A stretch of DNA of 32,000 bases from positions 247,418-279,417 of the forward strand of contig NC_001264.1 of the NCBI RefSeq assembly GCF_000008565.1, read 5' to 3'. Below the pieces are notes generated by a model, which saw only the letters and a list, made by a program, of their open reading frames with translations, did no database searches and was not told where the DNA came from. Made by a program: the position numbers and the translations under genes. The stretch is from Deinococcus radiodurans R1 = ATCC 13939 = DSM 20539. Its GTDB lineage: Bacteria > Deinococcota > Deinococci > Deinococcales > Deinococcaceae. Shown here piece by piece: positions 18,854 to 29,217 of the stretch; the first letter of the stretch is position 1, and the number at the start of each line of letters is the position of its first letter.

Positions 18854-20175
18854 CAATGGTTCGTGCAGTTTTAGGCGGCTTTAAGTCCGAAATCCAGCGG
18901 ACTGAACGGCGAATTCGCTCATTCTTCAAAGCGAGCCGAGAGGTCCAGATTGGATAAAATGACCTGGGCCAGCAGGGCGTTATACGCCCTGCGTTTCATG
19001 TCTTCGAGACTGAACACCAGATCCTGCCCGCCACCTGCCGCTCGCAGGGCCTCCAGTCGGCAAAGATTCAGGGTCAGCAGCACCACGTTCCAATGCGCCT
19101 CGATGCCCTGCTGTGACCGCAGTTGCACATCCTGGCCCCCCAGGAACTGTTTGGCATCCCGGAAGATCAGTTCGATCTCAAAGCGGCTTCGATACAGCGC
19201 CATGACCTCATGAGCCGGCATGGTCACAGCGGTGCTGAACAGCACCGCGTAGCCGGTGACCTGACCCTTTTTACCAATCTGCTGAATGACGACTGCGCGC
19301 ACTTCCCGCGCCCACTGCACGCTCCAGACCACCTGCGTCCACACCCGCTCAGTCGGCCTTGCAGAGACGAGGTCGAAGCGCTGCAGGTCACTGAAGTCCA
19401 CCTTACCGTCGAACTTCTTCTTTCGCCCCCGTCGTCTGGGATGCTCACCGGTGTAGAGGTCGTTGAGGTTGGCGTTGCGAGGCAATCTGGAGATAAACGG
19501 GAGACCGTGACCCGTCACGGTCTCCACGATGGGTTCCTTCGCGTAATTCCCGTCGGCAACGACAGCAGCCAGATCAAGCTGTTGAACAGTCCGGAGATCG
19601 AGCAGCACGTCATCCAGCTGATCGGCGGCCTGTTCCAGACGAGTTGGAGCCTCAGACCCGGTCAGGGTCTGACGGACATCGACCGTCAAGGCCTGCCGGT
19701 GCTGGACATCAATGAGGGCACAACAGGATTGCTCGATTCCGCGTTCGGTCCGCGCGGCACAGCCATTCCAGAACGAGCCGAGGTGTGCGGTGTGCTGACC
19801 GGCTTTGCGGTGAAAAGAGGCGTCGATGGCCAGAACGCACAGTGGGCTGATCAGCCCACTCTCGATTGCTGTACTGACAGTCGCCTGGTGTAACGCGCCC
19901 CACGGAATGGCCCCATCGTCACTTCGGTGCAGCCAACGACGAATCGTACTCTCCGAGCAGGCTGCATACCGGGAGAGATTCAGGGCGTTCAGCCGTCCAG
20001 GAACAGCGAGAAAAACGCTGAGCAGCACGGTCAGGAAATTCCGCTGCGTCTTGCGCAGCGGGACCGCGCTGAGAACGTACTGTAGGATGGCCATCAGACC
20101 CATTGGAAGCGGTGATTTCACAGCTCCATTTTCAATGGGTCTTTCCTTTTGGGCTCAAAACTGCACGAACCATTG
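18854..20175 (-). mobile_element. Complete IS4-family insertion sequence (1322 bp) with 19-bp perfect terminal inverted repeats and a 6-bp target-site duplication
   Basis: Left inverted repeat caatggttcgtgcagtttt (18854-18872) is the exact reverse complement of 20157-20175. CTGAAC direct repeats flank it at 18848-18853 and 20176-20181. Single transposase ORF. GC content is lower than the flanking DNA. Confidence 0.85.
18919..20121 (-). CDS. DDE transposase, IS4 family
   Basis: Y(2)R(3)E(6)K signature in YRSRFEIELIFRDAK. Candidate catalytic Asp contexts LAIDASF and VVADGNYAK. The start is GTG at 20121 or ATG at 20103. Confidence 0.9.
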   Translation of the reverse strand: MKSPLPMGLMAILQYVLSAVPLRKTQRNFLTVLLSVFLAVPGRLNALNLSRYAACSESTIRRWLHRSDDGAIPWGALHQATVSTAIESGLISPLCVLAIDASFHRKAGQHTAHLGSFWNGCAARTERGIEQSCCALIDVQHRQALTVDVRQTLTGSEAPTRLEQAADQLDDVLLDLRTVQQLDLAAVVADGNYAKEPIVETVTGHGLPFISRLPRNANLNDLYTGEHPRRRGRKKKFDGKVDFSDLQRFDLVSARPTERVWTQVVWSVQWAREVRAVVIQQIGKKGQVTGYAVLFSTAVTMPAHEVMALYRSRFEIELIFRDAKQFLGGQDVQLRSQQGIEAHWNVVLLTLNLCRLEALRAAGGGQDLVFSLEDMKRRAYNALLAQVILSNLDLSARFEE

Positions 20176-20247
20176 CTGAACGCCCCCTCACCCCTTTGCT
20201 TCGCAAAGGCCCTCTCCCACAAGGGGAGAGGGTAGAAAAAGCATTTA
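20176..20247 (-). repeat. Small noncoding repeat copy D, right part (includes the second CTGAAC)
   Basis: ccccctcacccctttgcttcgcaaaggccctctcccacaaggggagagggtag matches the core of copy A. It ends at the acylase TAA stop. Confidence 0.65.
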
Positions 20248-22602
20248 CTCCGAAAGCTGCACCACCGTCCGCGTCGGGTCGGCTTCGATTTCAGGCTGGG
20301 TAAAGGGCAGTTTGACCCACTCACTGCGCGAGAACAGCCGCGTCTGGTCGCTGAAGTAGGGCGACTCGGGATTGCTCGACTGGCTGTAGGTCAGCACGGC
20401 TTCGGCCTGGACGCCGCTGTCGGTGAAGCCCACCGTCTGGATATAGCTGCTCGCGTTGCCGACGACGCCCCGGTAGCCACCCGGAGCGAGCGGGTTGAAG
20501 TCGATTTTGTCGAGCACGCCCTCGAACTCGGCGCCGCCGGGGAGCGAGATGAAGTCGCCGCCGCGCACCACGCCCTGCACCTCGCCCAGCGGGGCGTCGA
20601 AGGGAATGCCAGCGGCAGTCAGGGCGGCGGCGGCTTCCCGCAGAGCCCCCAGCAAGGCCGTCTGGGCAGCGGGGTCCGCCGTGTTCAGGCCGCGCGGCGT
20701 GTTCACCGGGTCGGCGGGGTCGAAGGGCACCGCGTAGACGTTGGGAATCGCCCGCGCCCGGCGCCAGAATTCGCGCCAGAGGGCCGCGCCCCGGCTTTCC
20801 TGCGAGCTGCGGCGGTCCCAGGCCGCGAGCGCGTTGCAGGCGGGTTGCAGCTCGGCGCCGCCTGCCGACTGGCACAGCTTGGCCGCGTCGGCAGCGTACA
20901 TTTCGCCCGTGAGATTGCTCTCGCGCAGCAAGGTCGCCTGCAAGGTCGGAATGTCGAAGGTCCGGCCCGGCAGGCCATCCGTGCCGCTCAGGCGCCGCCC
21001 GATTTCCAGCAGGCCCATGCGGGTACGCGGCGACTGCGGGGCGTTGACCTCGCCGACAAGCGGGTCGAGGCCGGTTTGCGGCGCGGCGGGGTTGGCGAGC
21101 CACGCGCTGTTGTTGGAGTTGGCGACGAAATCCTGGCGAATCAACACCGGCATCTTGTCCGGCGCCCGCAGCCCCGGCACCCGCGAGGCAGGGTCGGTTT
21201 TCCAGTCGCAGGCCGAGTGGCTGCCGTCGAGCACGGCCAGCCCCGCCGCCGGAAACAGCGGCGCGAGCGGCGGAGGCGTGCAGGCCTGCTGCTGCGCCGC
21301 CGACACGTTGGGCGAACTGGAAATGTCGGCGTAGAGCGCGCTGCCCGCCCGGTCCGCCGCGATGGTGTTGACCCAGGGAATGCCCTGCACGTTCAGCGAG
21401 GCGCGGATGTCCCGCACGCTCTTGGCCCCGGCGAACCCCAGCCAGGTGGCGAGCATCCGGGTGTTGTTGCGGTTGGCGTCGCGCAGCGCGAAGGCGTACT
21501 GCGGTGTCCAGGTCAGCCCGGCGGCGGGCAGGTTGACGAGCGGCCCCTCGGGCGTGAAATACACCGTGCGGGTGTGCAGGCGCGGACCGTTGGCCGTCTT
21601 GACCTCGATGACAGCGGTGCGGCGTTGCAGTCGGCGTTGCTGGCCGTCCTTGACATAGCTCAGCGGGTCACCGGGCACCAGCGTGAGCGCCGCGAGGGTA
21701 AAGCGCTTGTCGGTGGACACGGTGTGCGTCCAGGCCACGTCCTGATTGAAGCCGATGTTGACGACCGGCATCCCGCCCAGGCTGGCGCCCATCACGTCGA
21801 ACTGGCCCGGCAGGGTGAGGTGCAGTTGGTAAAAGCGGTTCGACGTTTCCCAGGGAAAATGCGGGTTGCCGAGCAGCAGGCCGCGTCCGTTCGTCGTCGC
21901 CTCGCTCCCGAAGGCCCAGCCGTTGCTGCCGATGGGCAGGTCGTTGAAGCGGTACTGCCGGTTGAAGGCGGCGAGGTCAGGACGCGGCGCCGCCGTGCTG
22001 GCCCCCGCCTGAGGAGGCCGGGCGCTGGTAATGGCGCTCACCATGGCCCCGGCGCTCGCCTGAATGGCCTTCTCTTCCCCGAGGCGCATCACGTCGAGTT
22101 CGGTCAGGGGCCGCACCCAGTCGGCGTTCCGGCAGGCCGAGGGCCACTGCTCCGGCGGCGTGTCGCGCAGGTAGCGGTTGACGCCCGCCACGTAGCCGCG
22201 CATCAGCGCGAGAATCTGCGGCTGGTCGCGGTAGCCCGCCTGCAAGCGGCCCGGCTCGATGACGGTCTTGAAAAACACGTCGCTGTCGAGGTTGTTTACC
22301 GGCTGAAAGCCCACCACCGTCTTGCCCTCGGCCCCCAGAAACTTGGAGCGCTCGCCGCGCACGGTCATGACCTGGTCGGCGAGCAGACAGAGGTTGTCCT
22401 GCGCGTAGCTGTAGCCCACGCCGTAGCCGATGCCGCCGAGGTCGGACGCCTGAATATGCGGAATCCCGTGGGCGGTGCGCTGAATCTGAACCTGATAGGT
22501 CTGGGCGCTCGCCGCCCCGCCGAGCATGAGGGGGCCGAGCAGCAGAGAGCCGAGCAGCAAACGCGCGGGAAGCGAGACGGAAGAAAAGGGGGAACGCGAC
22601 AT
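20245..22602 (-). CDS. Penicillin acylase-family Ntn hydrolase (acyl-homoserine-lactone acylase-like), secreted
   Basis: Signal peptide, then the alpha-spacer-beta layout with the nucleophile context PIGSNGWAFGSEATTNGRGLLLGNPHFPW. Confidence 0.85.
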   Translation of the reverse strand: MSRSPFSSVSLPARLLLGSLLLGPLMLGGAASAQTYQVQIQRTAHGIPHIQASDLGGIGYGVGYSYAQDNLCLLADQVMTVRGERSKFLGAEGKTVVGFQPVNNLDSDVFFKTVIEPGRLQAGYRDQPQILALMRGYVAGVNRYLRDTPPEQWPSACRNADWVRPLTELDVMRLGEEKAIQASAGAMVSAITSARPPQAGASTAAPRPDLAAFNRQYRFNDLPIGSNGWAFGSEATTNGRGLLLGNPHFPWETSNRFYQLHLTLPGQFDVMGASLGGMPVVNIGFNQDVAWTHTVSTDKRFTLAALTLVPGDPLSYVKDGQQRRLQRRTAVIEVKTANGPRLHTRTVYFTPEGPLVNLPAAGLTWTPQYAFALRDANRNNTRMLATWLGFAGAKSVRDIRASLNVQGIPWVNTIAADRAGSALYADISSSPNVSAAQQQACTPPPLAPLFPAAGLAVLDGSHSACDWKTDPASRVPGLRAPDKMPVLIRQDFVANSNNSAWLANPAAPQTGLDPLVGEVNAPQSPRTRMGLLEIGRRLSGTDGLPGRTFDIPTLQATLLRESNLTGEMYAADAAKLCQSAGGAELQPACNALAAWDRRSSQESRGAALWREFWRRARAIPNVYAVPFDPADPVNTPRGLNTADPAAQTALLGALREAAAALTAAGIPFDAPLGEVQGVVRGGDFISLPGGAEFEGVLDKIDFNPLAPGGYRGVVGNASSYIQTVGFTDSGVQAEAVLTYSQSSNPESPYFSDQTRLFSRSEWVKLPFTQPEIEADPTRTVVQLSE

Positions 22603-22733
22603 GGAAGCCTCCGGGAAAAAGAAAAGGGCAAGGCACGGCCCGTGGGGACCGCGACACTGAACTAGAAATGGACGGGCGGCAGTCTACCCCCAGCGGCGCC
22701 GGGAGAGGGCAAATGGCCGTCAATAAATCGCTG

Positions 22734-22862
22734 TTAGAGCATTTGACAGAATGATCTGGTCTGTCTTTGACCCTCTACCTTGATGGGACTCGGAGAGCTG
22801 CACCGCAGAGAGGGCCTTGCGAAGCAAGGGGTGCAGGTGTCTTTTTCTGTCAAATGCTCTAA
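22734..22862 (+). repeat. Small noncoding repeat, copy C (129 bp) with perfect 18-bp terminal inverted repeats
   Basis: ttagagcatttgacagaa (22734-22751) is the exact reverse complement of ttctgtcaaatgctctaa (22845-22862). The core is shared with copies A, B and D. Confidence 0.8.
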
Positions 22863-22865
22863 AGC

Positions 22866-22900
22866 AGAGGGGAACACGCAGCGGTCACGTGCTCCCCTCT
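22866..22900 (-). terminator. Hairpin downstream of the PaaK-like gene (13-bp stem with one mismatch, 9-nt loop), weak U-tract
   Basis: agaggggaacacg ... cgtgctcccctct, 34 nt after the stop at 22934. Confidence 0.35.
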
Positions 22901-22933
22901 CCAACAGGCTGCCAATCCCCGTTTTTCTTCCGC

Positions 22934-24214
22934 TCAGCGGTCGCCGCGCAAGTCGGTGACGCGGCGCAGCTTGCCGCCCTCACTGCGGGGGAGGCTGCCG
23001 GGTACGTGCAGTTCGCAGCGCACCGTCACGCCCACCTGGGCCTTGATCTGGCGCTCGATTTCCTGGCGCAGGGCGGCGCTTTCGCTCAGGGCTTCGATTT
23101 GCAGCGTCAGGTCGTCCATGATGCCGGTGCGGGTCAAGATGACGTGGTAGTGCGGGCTGGCCTGGCCCATGCCGAGCAGCACCGCTTCGAGCTGCGTGGG
23201 GTACACGTTGACCCCGCGCAGGATAATCAGGTCGTCCGAGCGGCCCCGGATCTGGTCCATGCGGCGCATGGTGCGCCCGGTGCCGTTTTGGGCGGGCAGC
23301 AGCCGGGTAATGTCGCCGGTCCAGTAGCGCAGCACCGGCAACGCGGTGCGGGTCATGCTGCTCAGAACGAGCACGCCCCACTCGCCGTCGGGCAGCACTT
23401 CGCCGGTGTCGGGGTCCAGAATCTCGGGGTAGAAGTGGTCTTCCCAGAGGTAACTGCCCCGCTGCTCGCTCACGTCCTCGTTGCTCACGCCGGGGCCGAT
23501 GATTTCGGACAGGCCGTAGATGTTGGTCGCCTTCACGCCCAGCCGGGCTTCGACCTCGGTGCGGGTCTTGTTGGACCACGGCTCGGCGCCCAGCACCGCG
23601 TATTGCAGCGAGATGTCTTCCGGGCGCATCCCGCAGCGGCCCAGCGCCTCGGCCAGCACCAGCGCGTAGCTCGGCGTGCAGGCGATGATCTGCGGTTCGA
23701 GGTCCTGAATAAGCTGCACCTGCTTCTCGGTGCCCCCGCCCGAAATGGGCACGGTGCACATGCCCAGCCGCTCGGCGCCGCCGTGGGTGCCCAGGCCGCC
23801 GGTAAACAGGCCGTAGCCGTAGGCGTTGTGGAACGTCATGCCGGGGCGCCCGCCCGCCGCGTAGAGGCTGCGCGCCACCACGTCGGAAAAGACGTTCAGG
23901 TCGTTGGCATCATAGGCCACCACGGTCGGTTTACCCGTGGTGCCGCTGCTCGCGTGGATGCGGCGCAGTTGGTCGCGGTCCGTCGCCAGCAGCCCCAGCG
24001 GATAGTTTTCGCGCAGGTCGCTCTTGCGGGTCAGCGGAAAGCGGGCGAGGTCGTCGAGCGTCTGTAGGTCGTCCGGGCGCACGCCCAGGGCATCGAATTT
24101 GGCGCGGTAGGCGGGCACGCGCTCGTATTGCCGCGCCACCATGACTTGCAGTTGCGCGAGTTGCAGCGCGCGGAGCTGGGGCAGGGGCAGGGCCTCACGT
24201 TCAGGTTGAAACAA
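22934..24214 (-). CDS. paaK: Phenylacetate--CoA ligase family adenylate-forming enzyme (PaaK / F390 synthetase-like)
   Basis: SSGTTGKPTVV AMP-binding motif, YGLSE, and a PaaK-like length of 426 aa. TTG start at 24214, preceded by GGAGGTG. Confidence 0.8.
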   Translation of the reverse strand: MFQPEREALPLPQLRALQLAQLQVMVARQYERVPAYRAKFDALGVRPDDLQTLDDLARFPLTRKSDLRENYPLGLLATDRDQLRRIHASSGTTGKPTVVAYDANDLNVFSDVVARSLYAAGGRPGMTFHNAYGYGLFTGGLGTHGGAERLGMCTVPISGGGTEKQVQLIQDLEPQIIACTPSYALVLAEALGRCGMRPEDISLQYAVLGAEPWSNKTRTEVEARLGVKATNIYGLSEIIGPGVSNEDVSEQRGSYLWEDHFYPEILDPDTGEVLPDGEWGVLVLSSMTRTALPVLRYWTGDITRLLPAQNGTGRTMRRMDQIRGRSDDLIILRGVNVYPTQLEAVLLGMGQASPHYHVILTRTGIMDDLTLQIEALSESAALRQEIERQIKAQVGVTVRCELHVPGSLPRSEGGKLRRVTDLRGDR

Positions 24215-24351
24215 GGAAAGAACACCTCCGGGACGGTCCAGCAGGACCAGACAACAGAATCTGAATTGAGACTTGTCCCGAATTGTAAACCCCTAACGAA
24301 CGTTTGGTTGGTTGTTGCCCAGAGGAGTGCCGCCCGCTCTCCGCCAGCCAT

Positions 24352-24376
24352 AAAAAATCCCCCCGATGTGGGGGGG
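24352..24376 (-). terminator. Rho-independent terminator after the ankyrin gene
   Basis: Minus strand reads CCCCCC-acatc-GGGGGG followed by ATTTTTT. Confidence 0.8.
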
Positions 24377-24399
24377 CCAGAGAAAACTGAAGCGGCGGT

Positions 24400-24933
24400 T
24401 CAACCCGAGCTGCGGGCCAGCCGTTCTTCAAGCCACGTCACCGAAGGCTGCGCGTTCATGGTGCGGGCGGCGTCGAGGGCGCTGGTGCCCGCGCTGTCCC
24501 GCGCTTGTAGGTCGGCGCCTCGCTCCAGCAGCAACTCCAGAATGTCGAGCCGGGCAAACATCGCCGCGAACATCAGGGCGGTGCGGCCCGTCGGCCCGCG
24601 GCTTTCCACGTCTACACCGTGGTCGAGCAGCAGTTGCACCATCGGCAGCTCGCCCTTGAAGGCGGCGGCTTGCAGCGGCGTCTGGCCCATGTCGTTGGCG
24701 ATAGAGGCGTCGGCGCCGCGTTCGAGCAGCAGCCGAGTCGCGTCGAGATGGCTGTGGTAGACAGCGAGCATCAGCAGGGTGTCACCCTTCTGATTGCGGA
24801 CATTGAGCGGCAGGCCCTGGTCGAGCATCACGCGCAGTTCGGCGGCGTCGCCGGCACGGGCGACTTCAAAAGCGCGTTGCAAAAATTCGAGCACCTGACG
24901 GTCGAGGTCTGTGGGCGCAGAAGATGAGGTCAT
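24400..24933 (-). CDS. Ankyrin-repeat protein (about 4 repeats), no signal peptide seen
   Basis: Repeats GDTLLMLAV...LLLERGADASI, GQTPLQAAAFKG...LLLDHGVDVES, GRTALMFAA...LLLERGADLQA. I prefer the ATG at 24933 (AAGGA lies 10 nt upstream). The track's GTG at 24942 is also possible. Confidence 0.85.
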   Translation of the reverse strand: MTSSSAPTDLDRQVLEFLQRAFEVARAGDAAELRVMLDQGLPLNVRNQKGDTLLMLAVYHSHLDATRLLLERGADASIANDMGQTPLQAAAFKGELPMVQLLLDHGVDVESRGPTGRTALMFAAMFARLDILELLLERGADLQARDSAGTSALDAARTMNAQPSVTWLEERLARSSG

Positions 24934-24954
24934 CGGAAACACGTCCTTGGGGGC

Positions 24955-25689
24955 TTAGCGCTTGGGCGCGGGGCGGTAGAGCTGCACGAACGCTTCACCG
25001 CGCGGCACCGGACGGCTGCCCAGCACGCGGCGCACGTCGGCGTCGGCGGGGAGGGGGGTCACCTCGCCCTTGCCGGCCACCTTGAGGTAAGGCGCGAGCG
25101 CGGGCGCGGTGTCGGCCATCTGGCGGAAGCTGGCAGCGGGCAGCGTGTCGCGGAAGGGACCGTACCCGCTGAGCTGCGAGAGCAGGGTGAGGTGCTGCGC
25201 CTCGCTGGCGGCGATCTGGGCCATCGTCGCGGCGAGTTCGGGCTGCGCGGCGGCGAGCTGGTGGGCCGCGCCGAGGTAAGCGCTGGTCGAAATCTGCTCG
25301 AGCTTGAGCGCGGTGTCGGCAAAGACGCCCGCGTCAGTCAGCAGCCGCGCCGGGAGGGCAAACGACGCCGTGAGCGGGCGGCCCCCCAGCGAGCACAGCA
25401 GTTCGAGGTGATGCGACTCGGCGGCGAGCACGCCGCGCAGGTCGTCGGCGGTTTCGGGGGTCAGCATGAAGCTGGCGTGACTGAGCACCTGAAAGTACAG
25501 GGTGACAGACAGCGCCTCGGCGGTGGCCGCGAGGTCGAGCACGGAACTCTGCTTGCCGACGGGCGCCCCGGCGCCGCCCAGGCCGAAAGCGTCACTGAAA
25601 CTCGCGGCGACGGCGGTTCCGGCGAGGCCGCGCAGGAAGGTACGGCGACTGCCTTCGTGGGGTCTGCCTGTCTTGAGATCATCGGTCAT
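24955..25689 (-). CDS. Tat-signal ferritin-like (Ferritin_2-type four-helix-bundle) protein
   Basis: Twin-arginine motif SRRTFLRGLAG after the ATG at 25689. Four helices carry E / ExxH-like ligand patterns (AEALSVTLYF; AESHHLELL; LEQISTSAYLGAA; ASEAQHLTLL). Confidence 0.7.
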   Translation of the reverse strand: MTDDLKTGRPHEGSRRTFLRGLAGTAVAASFSDAFGLGGAGAPVGKQSSVLDLAATAEALSVTLYFQVLSHASFMLTPETADDLRGVLAAESHHLELLCSLGGRPLTASFALPARLLTDAGVFADTALKLEQISTSAYLGAAHQLAAAQPELAATMAQIAASEAQHLTLLSQLSGYGPFRDTLPAASFRQMADTAPALAPYLKVAGKGEVTPLPADADVRRVLGSRPVPRGEAFVQLYRPAPKR

Positions 25690-25858
25690 GGTGGGGTTCC
25701 TCGTGAAGATGAACGGGGGGCCGGGCCAGCCCAAACGCTCTGTGCCCGGCCCCTGCTCGTGAGACTCAGAGCAGTCCTCCGAATTCCGTGGTGGGAGGAA
25801 AAGCGCCCCACACCACTCCATTCTCCGTTCTGCTCATCCAATTCACTCGCTTCGCTCG

Positions 25859-25895
25859 GTCCTCAAGGTGGCGTCTATTCCGCCACCTTGAGGAC
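25859..25895 (-). terminator. Perfect 15-bp-stem hairpin immediately after katE, no U-tract (terminator, attenuator or RNA-stability element)
   Basis: gtcctcaaggtggcg-tctattc-cgccaccttgaggac, 8 nt downstream of the katE TAA. Confidence 0.45.
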
Positions 25896-25902
25896 TAATG
25901 GT

Positions 25903-28179
<2,277 letters not shown>

Positions 28180-28435
28180 GAGCCACCTTCCTTTGAGAAG
28201 AGCGAAGTGAAAGTCAGCCACCAGAGCGCGGCCTTTTCGGGAAGACGTGTTCCTGGGAAACCCCAGGTGAACCCCCACAGAGTAGGCGCAAAGGGCGCCG
28301 TGAAAAAAGAAACACCTATTACGAAGACTCACTTCTACTTGATCTTCAAAGGTTCTCTAAAACCCACTAACTTGCAAAGATTAATCGGATAAGTTAGATG
28401 ACCAATAGTTATTAAAGTGGGCCGCACTCGGCAGG

Positions 28436-28467
28436 CAAAGGCAAACCTGCTCCGTGTCCGGAACAGG
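28436..28467 (-). terminator. Possible terminator after livF
   Basis: Hairpin cctgctccg-tgtc-cggaacagg (one mismatch), followed on the minus strand by TTTGCCTTTG. Confidence 0.4.
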
Positions 28468-28500
28468 CCTCCCCTCCTCTGCTGTGCGCCTTGTTTCCGC

Positions 28501-29217
28501 TTACCCGCCCAGGTAACTCGCCACCACCGCCGGGTCGTCCGCCAGCCTCGCGGCGGGGCCCTCGAGTTTGACGTGCCCGCCTTCGAGCACGTAGCCGTAG
28601 TCACTGATGGCGAGCGCGGCGCGGGCGTTTTGCTCGACGAGCAGCACGGTCACGCCGCTGTCGCGCAGTTCGGCCACGATGTGCAGGATGTCGCGCACGA
28701 TCAGCGGCGCGAGACCCAGGCTCGGTTCGTCGAGCAGCAGCAGCTTGGGCCGGGCCATCAGCGCGCGGCCAATGGCGAGCATCTGCTGTTCGCCGCCCGA
28801 GAGGGTGCCGGCGAGCTGCTTGCGGCGCTCCAGCAAGCGCGGAAAGCGGCGGAACACGTCGGCCAGCCCACTTTGCATGCCCGCGCGCTGGGTGTAGGCA
28901 CCGAGTTGCAGGTTGTCTTCCACCGTCATGGAGCCGAACAGTTCGCGGCGCTCGGGCACCAGCGTCATGCCCGCCGCCACCCGGTCTTCGAGCGGCATCT
29001 GGCGAACGTCGCGGCCCGCGTACCGAATGACGCCGCGTGAGGGCAGCGCGCCGATAAGGGCCGCCAGCAGCGTGCTTTTGCCCGCGCCGTTCGCCCCGAT
29101 GACCGACACGATTTGCCCGGCCTCCACGCTGAGATTGACGCCCGTGACCGCTTCGACGCGCCCGTAGGCCACGTGCAGGTCGTCCACTTGCAGCAGCGCC
29201 CCAGGGTGGCCCGTCAT
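28501..29217 (-). CDS. livF: Branched-chain amino acid ABC transporter ATP-binding protein
   Basis: Walker [10 protein letters not shown], signature LSGGEQQ, Walker B LLLLDEPS. The ATG at 29217 overlaps the upstream TGA (ATGA). The longer track ORF (to 30063) is an out-of-frame artefact. Confidence 0.9.
   Translation of the reverse strand: MTGHPGALLQVDDLHVAYGRVEAVTGVNLSVEAGQIVSVIGANGAGKSTLLAALIGALPSRGVIRYAGRDVRQMPLEDRVAAGMTLVPERRELFGSMTVEDNLQLGAYTQRAGMQSGLADVFRRFPRLLERRKQLAGTLSGGEQQMLAIGRALMARPKLLLLDEPSLGLAPLIVRDILHIVAELRDSGVTVLLVEQNARAALAISDYGYVLEGGHVKLEGPAARLADDPAVVASYLGG

Noticed and set aside
24215-24351. Possible operator or sRNA in the PaaK upstream region (small palindrome ggtcc-agcag-gacc; TTTACA-N17-ATTCAG promoter-like pair).
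   Set aside because: The arms are only 4-5 bp and the -10 candidate is poor. I could not distinguish this from chance.
25690-25821. N-terminal extensions offered by the ORF track for several genes: ferritin-like to 25821, katE to 28332, acyl-CoA dehydrogenase to 17248, qor from 17287, metalloprotease from 13949, Rrf2 to 6568, MFS to 13067.
   Set aside because: In each case an internal ATG is preceded by a good GGAGG/AAGGA-type Shine-Dalgarno at proper spacing, or forms an ATGA overlap for the MFS gene. That ATG also begins the recognisable protein or its signal peptide. The extensions are Cys/Arg-rich nonsense.
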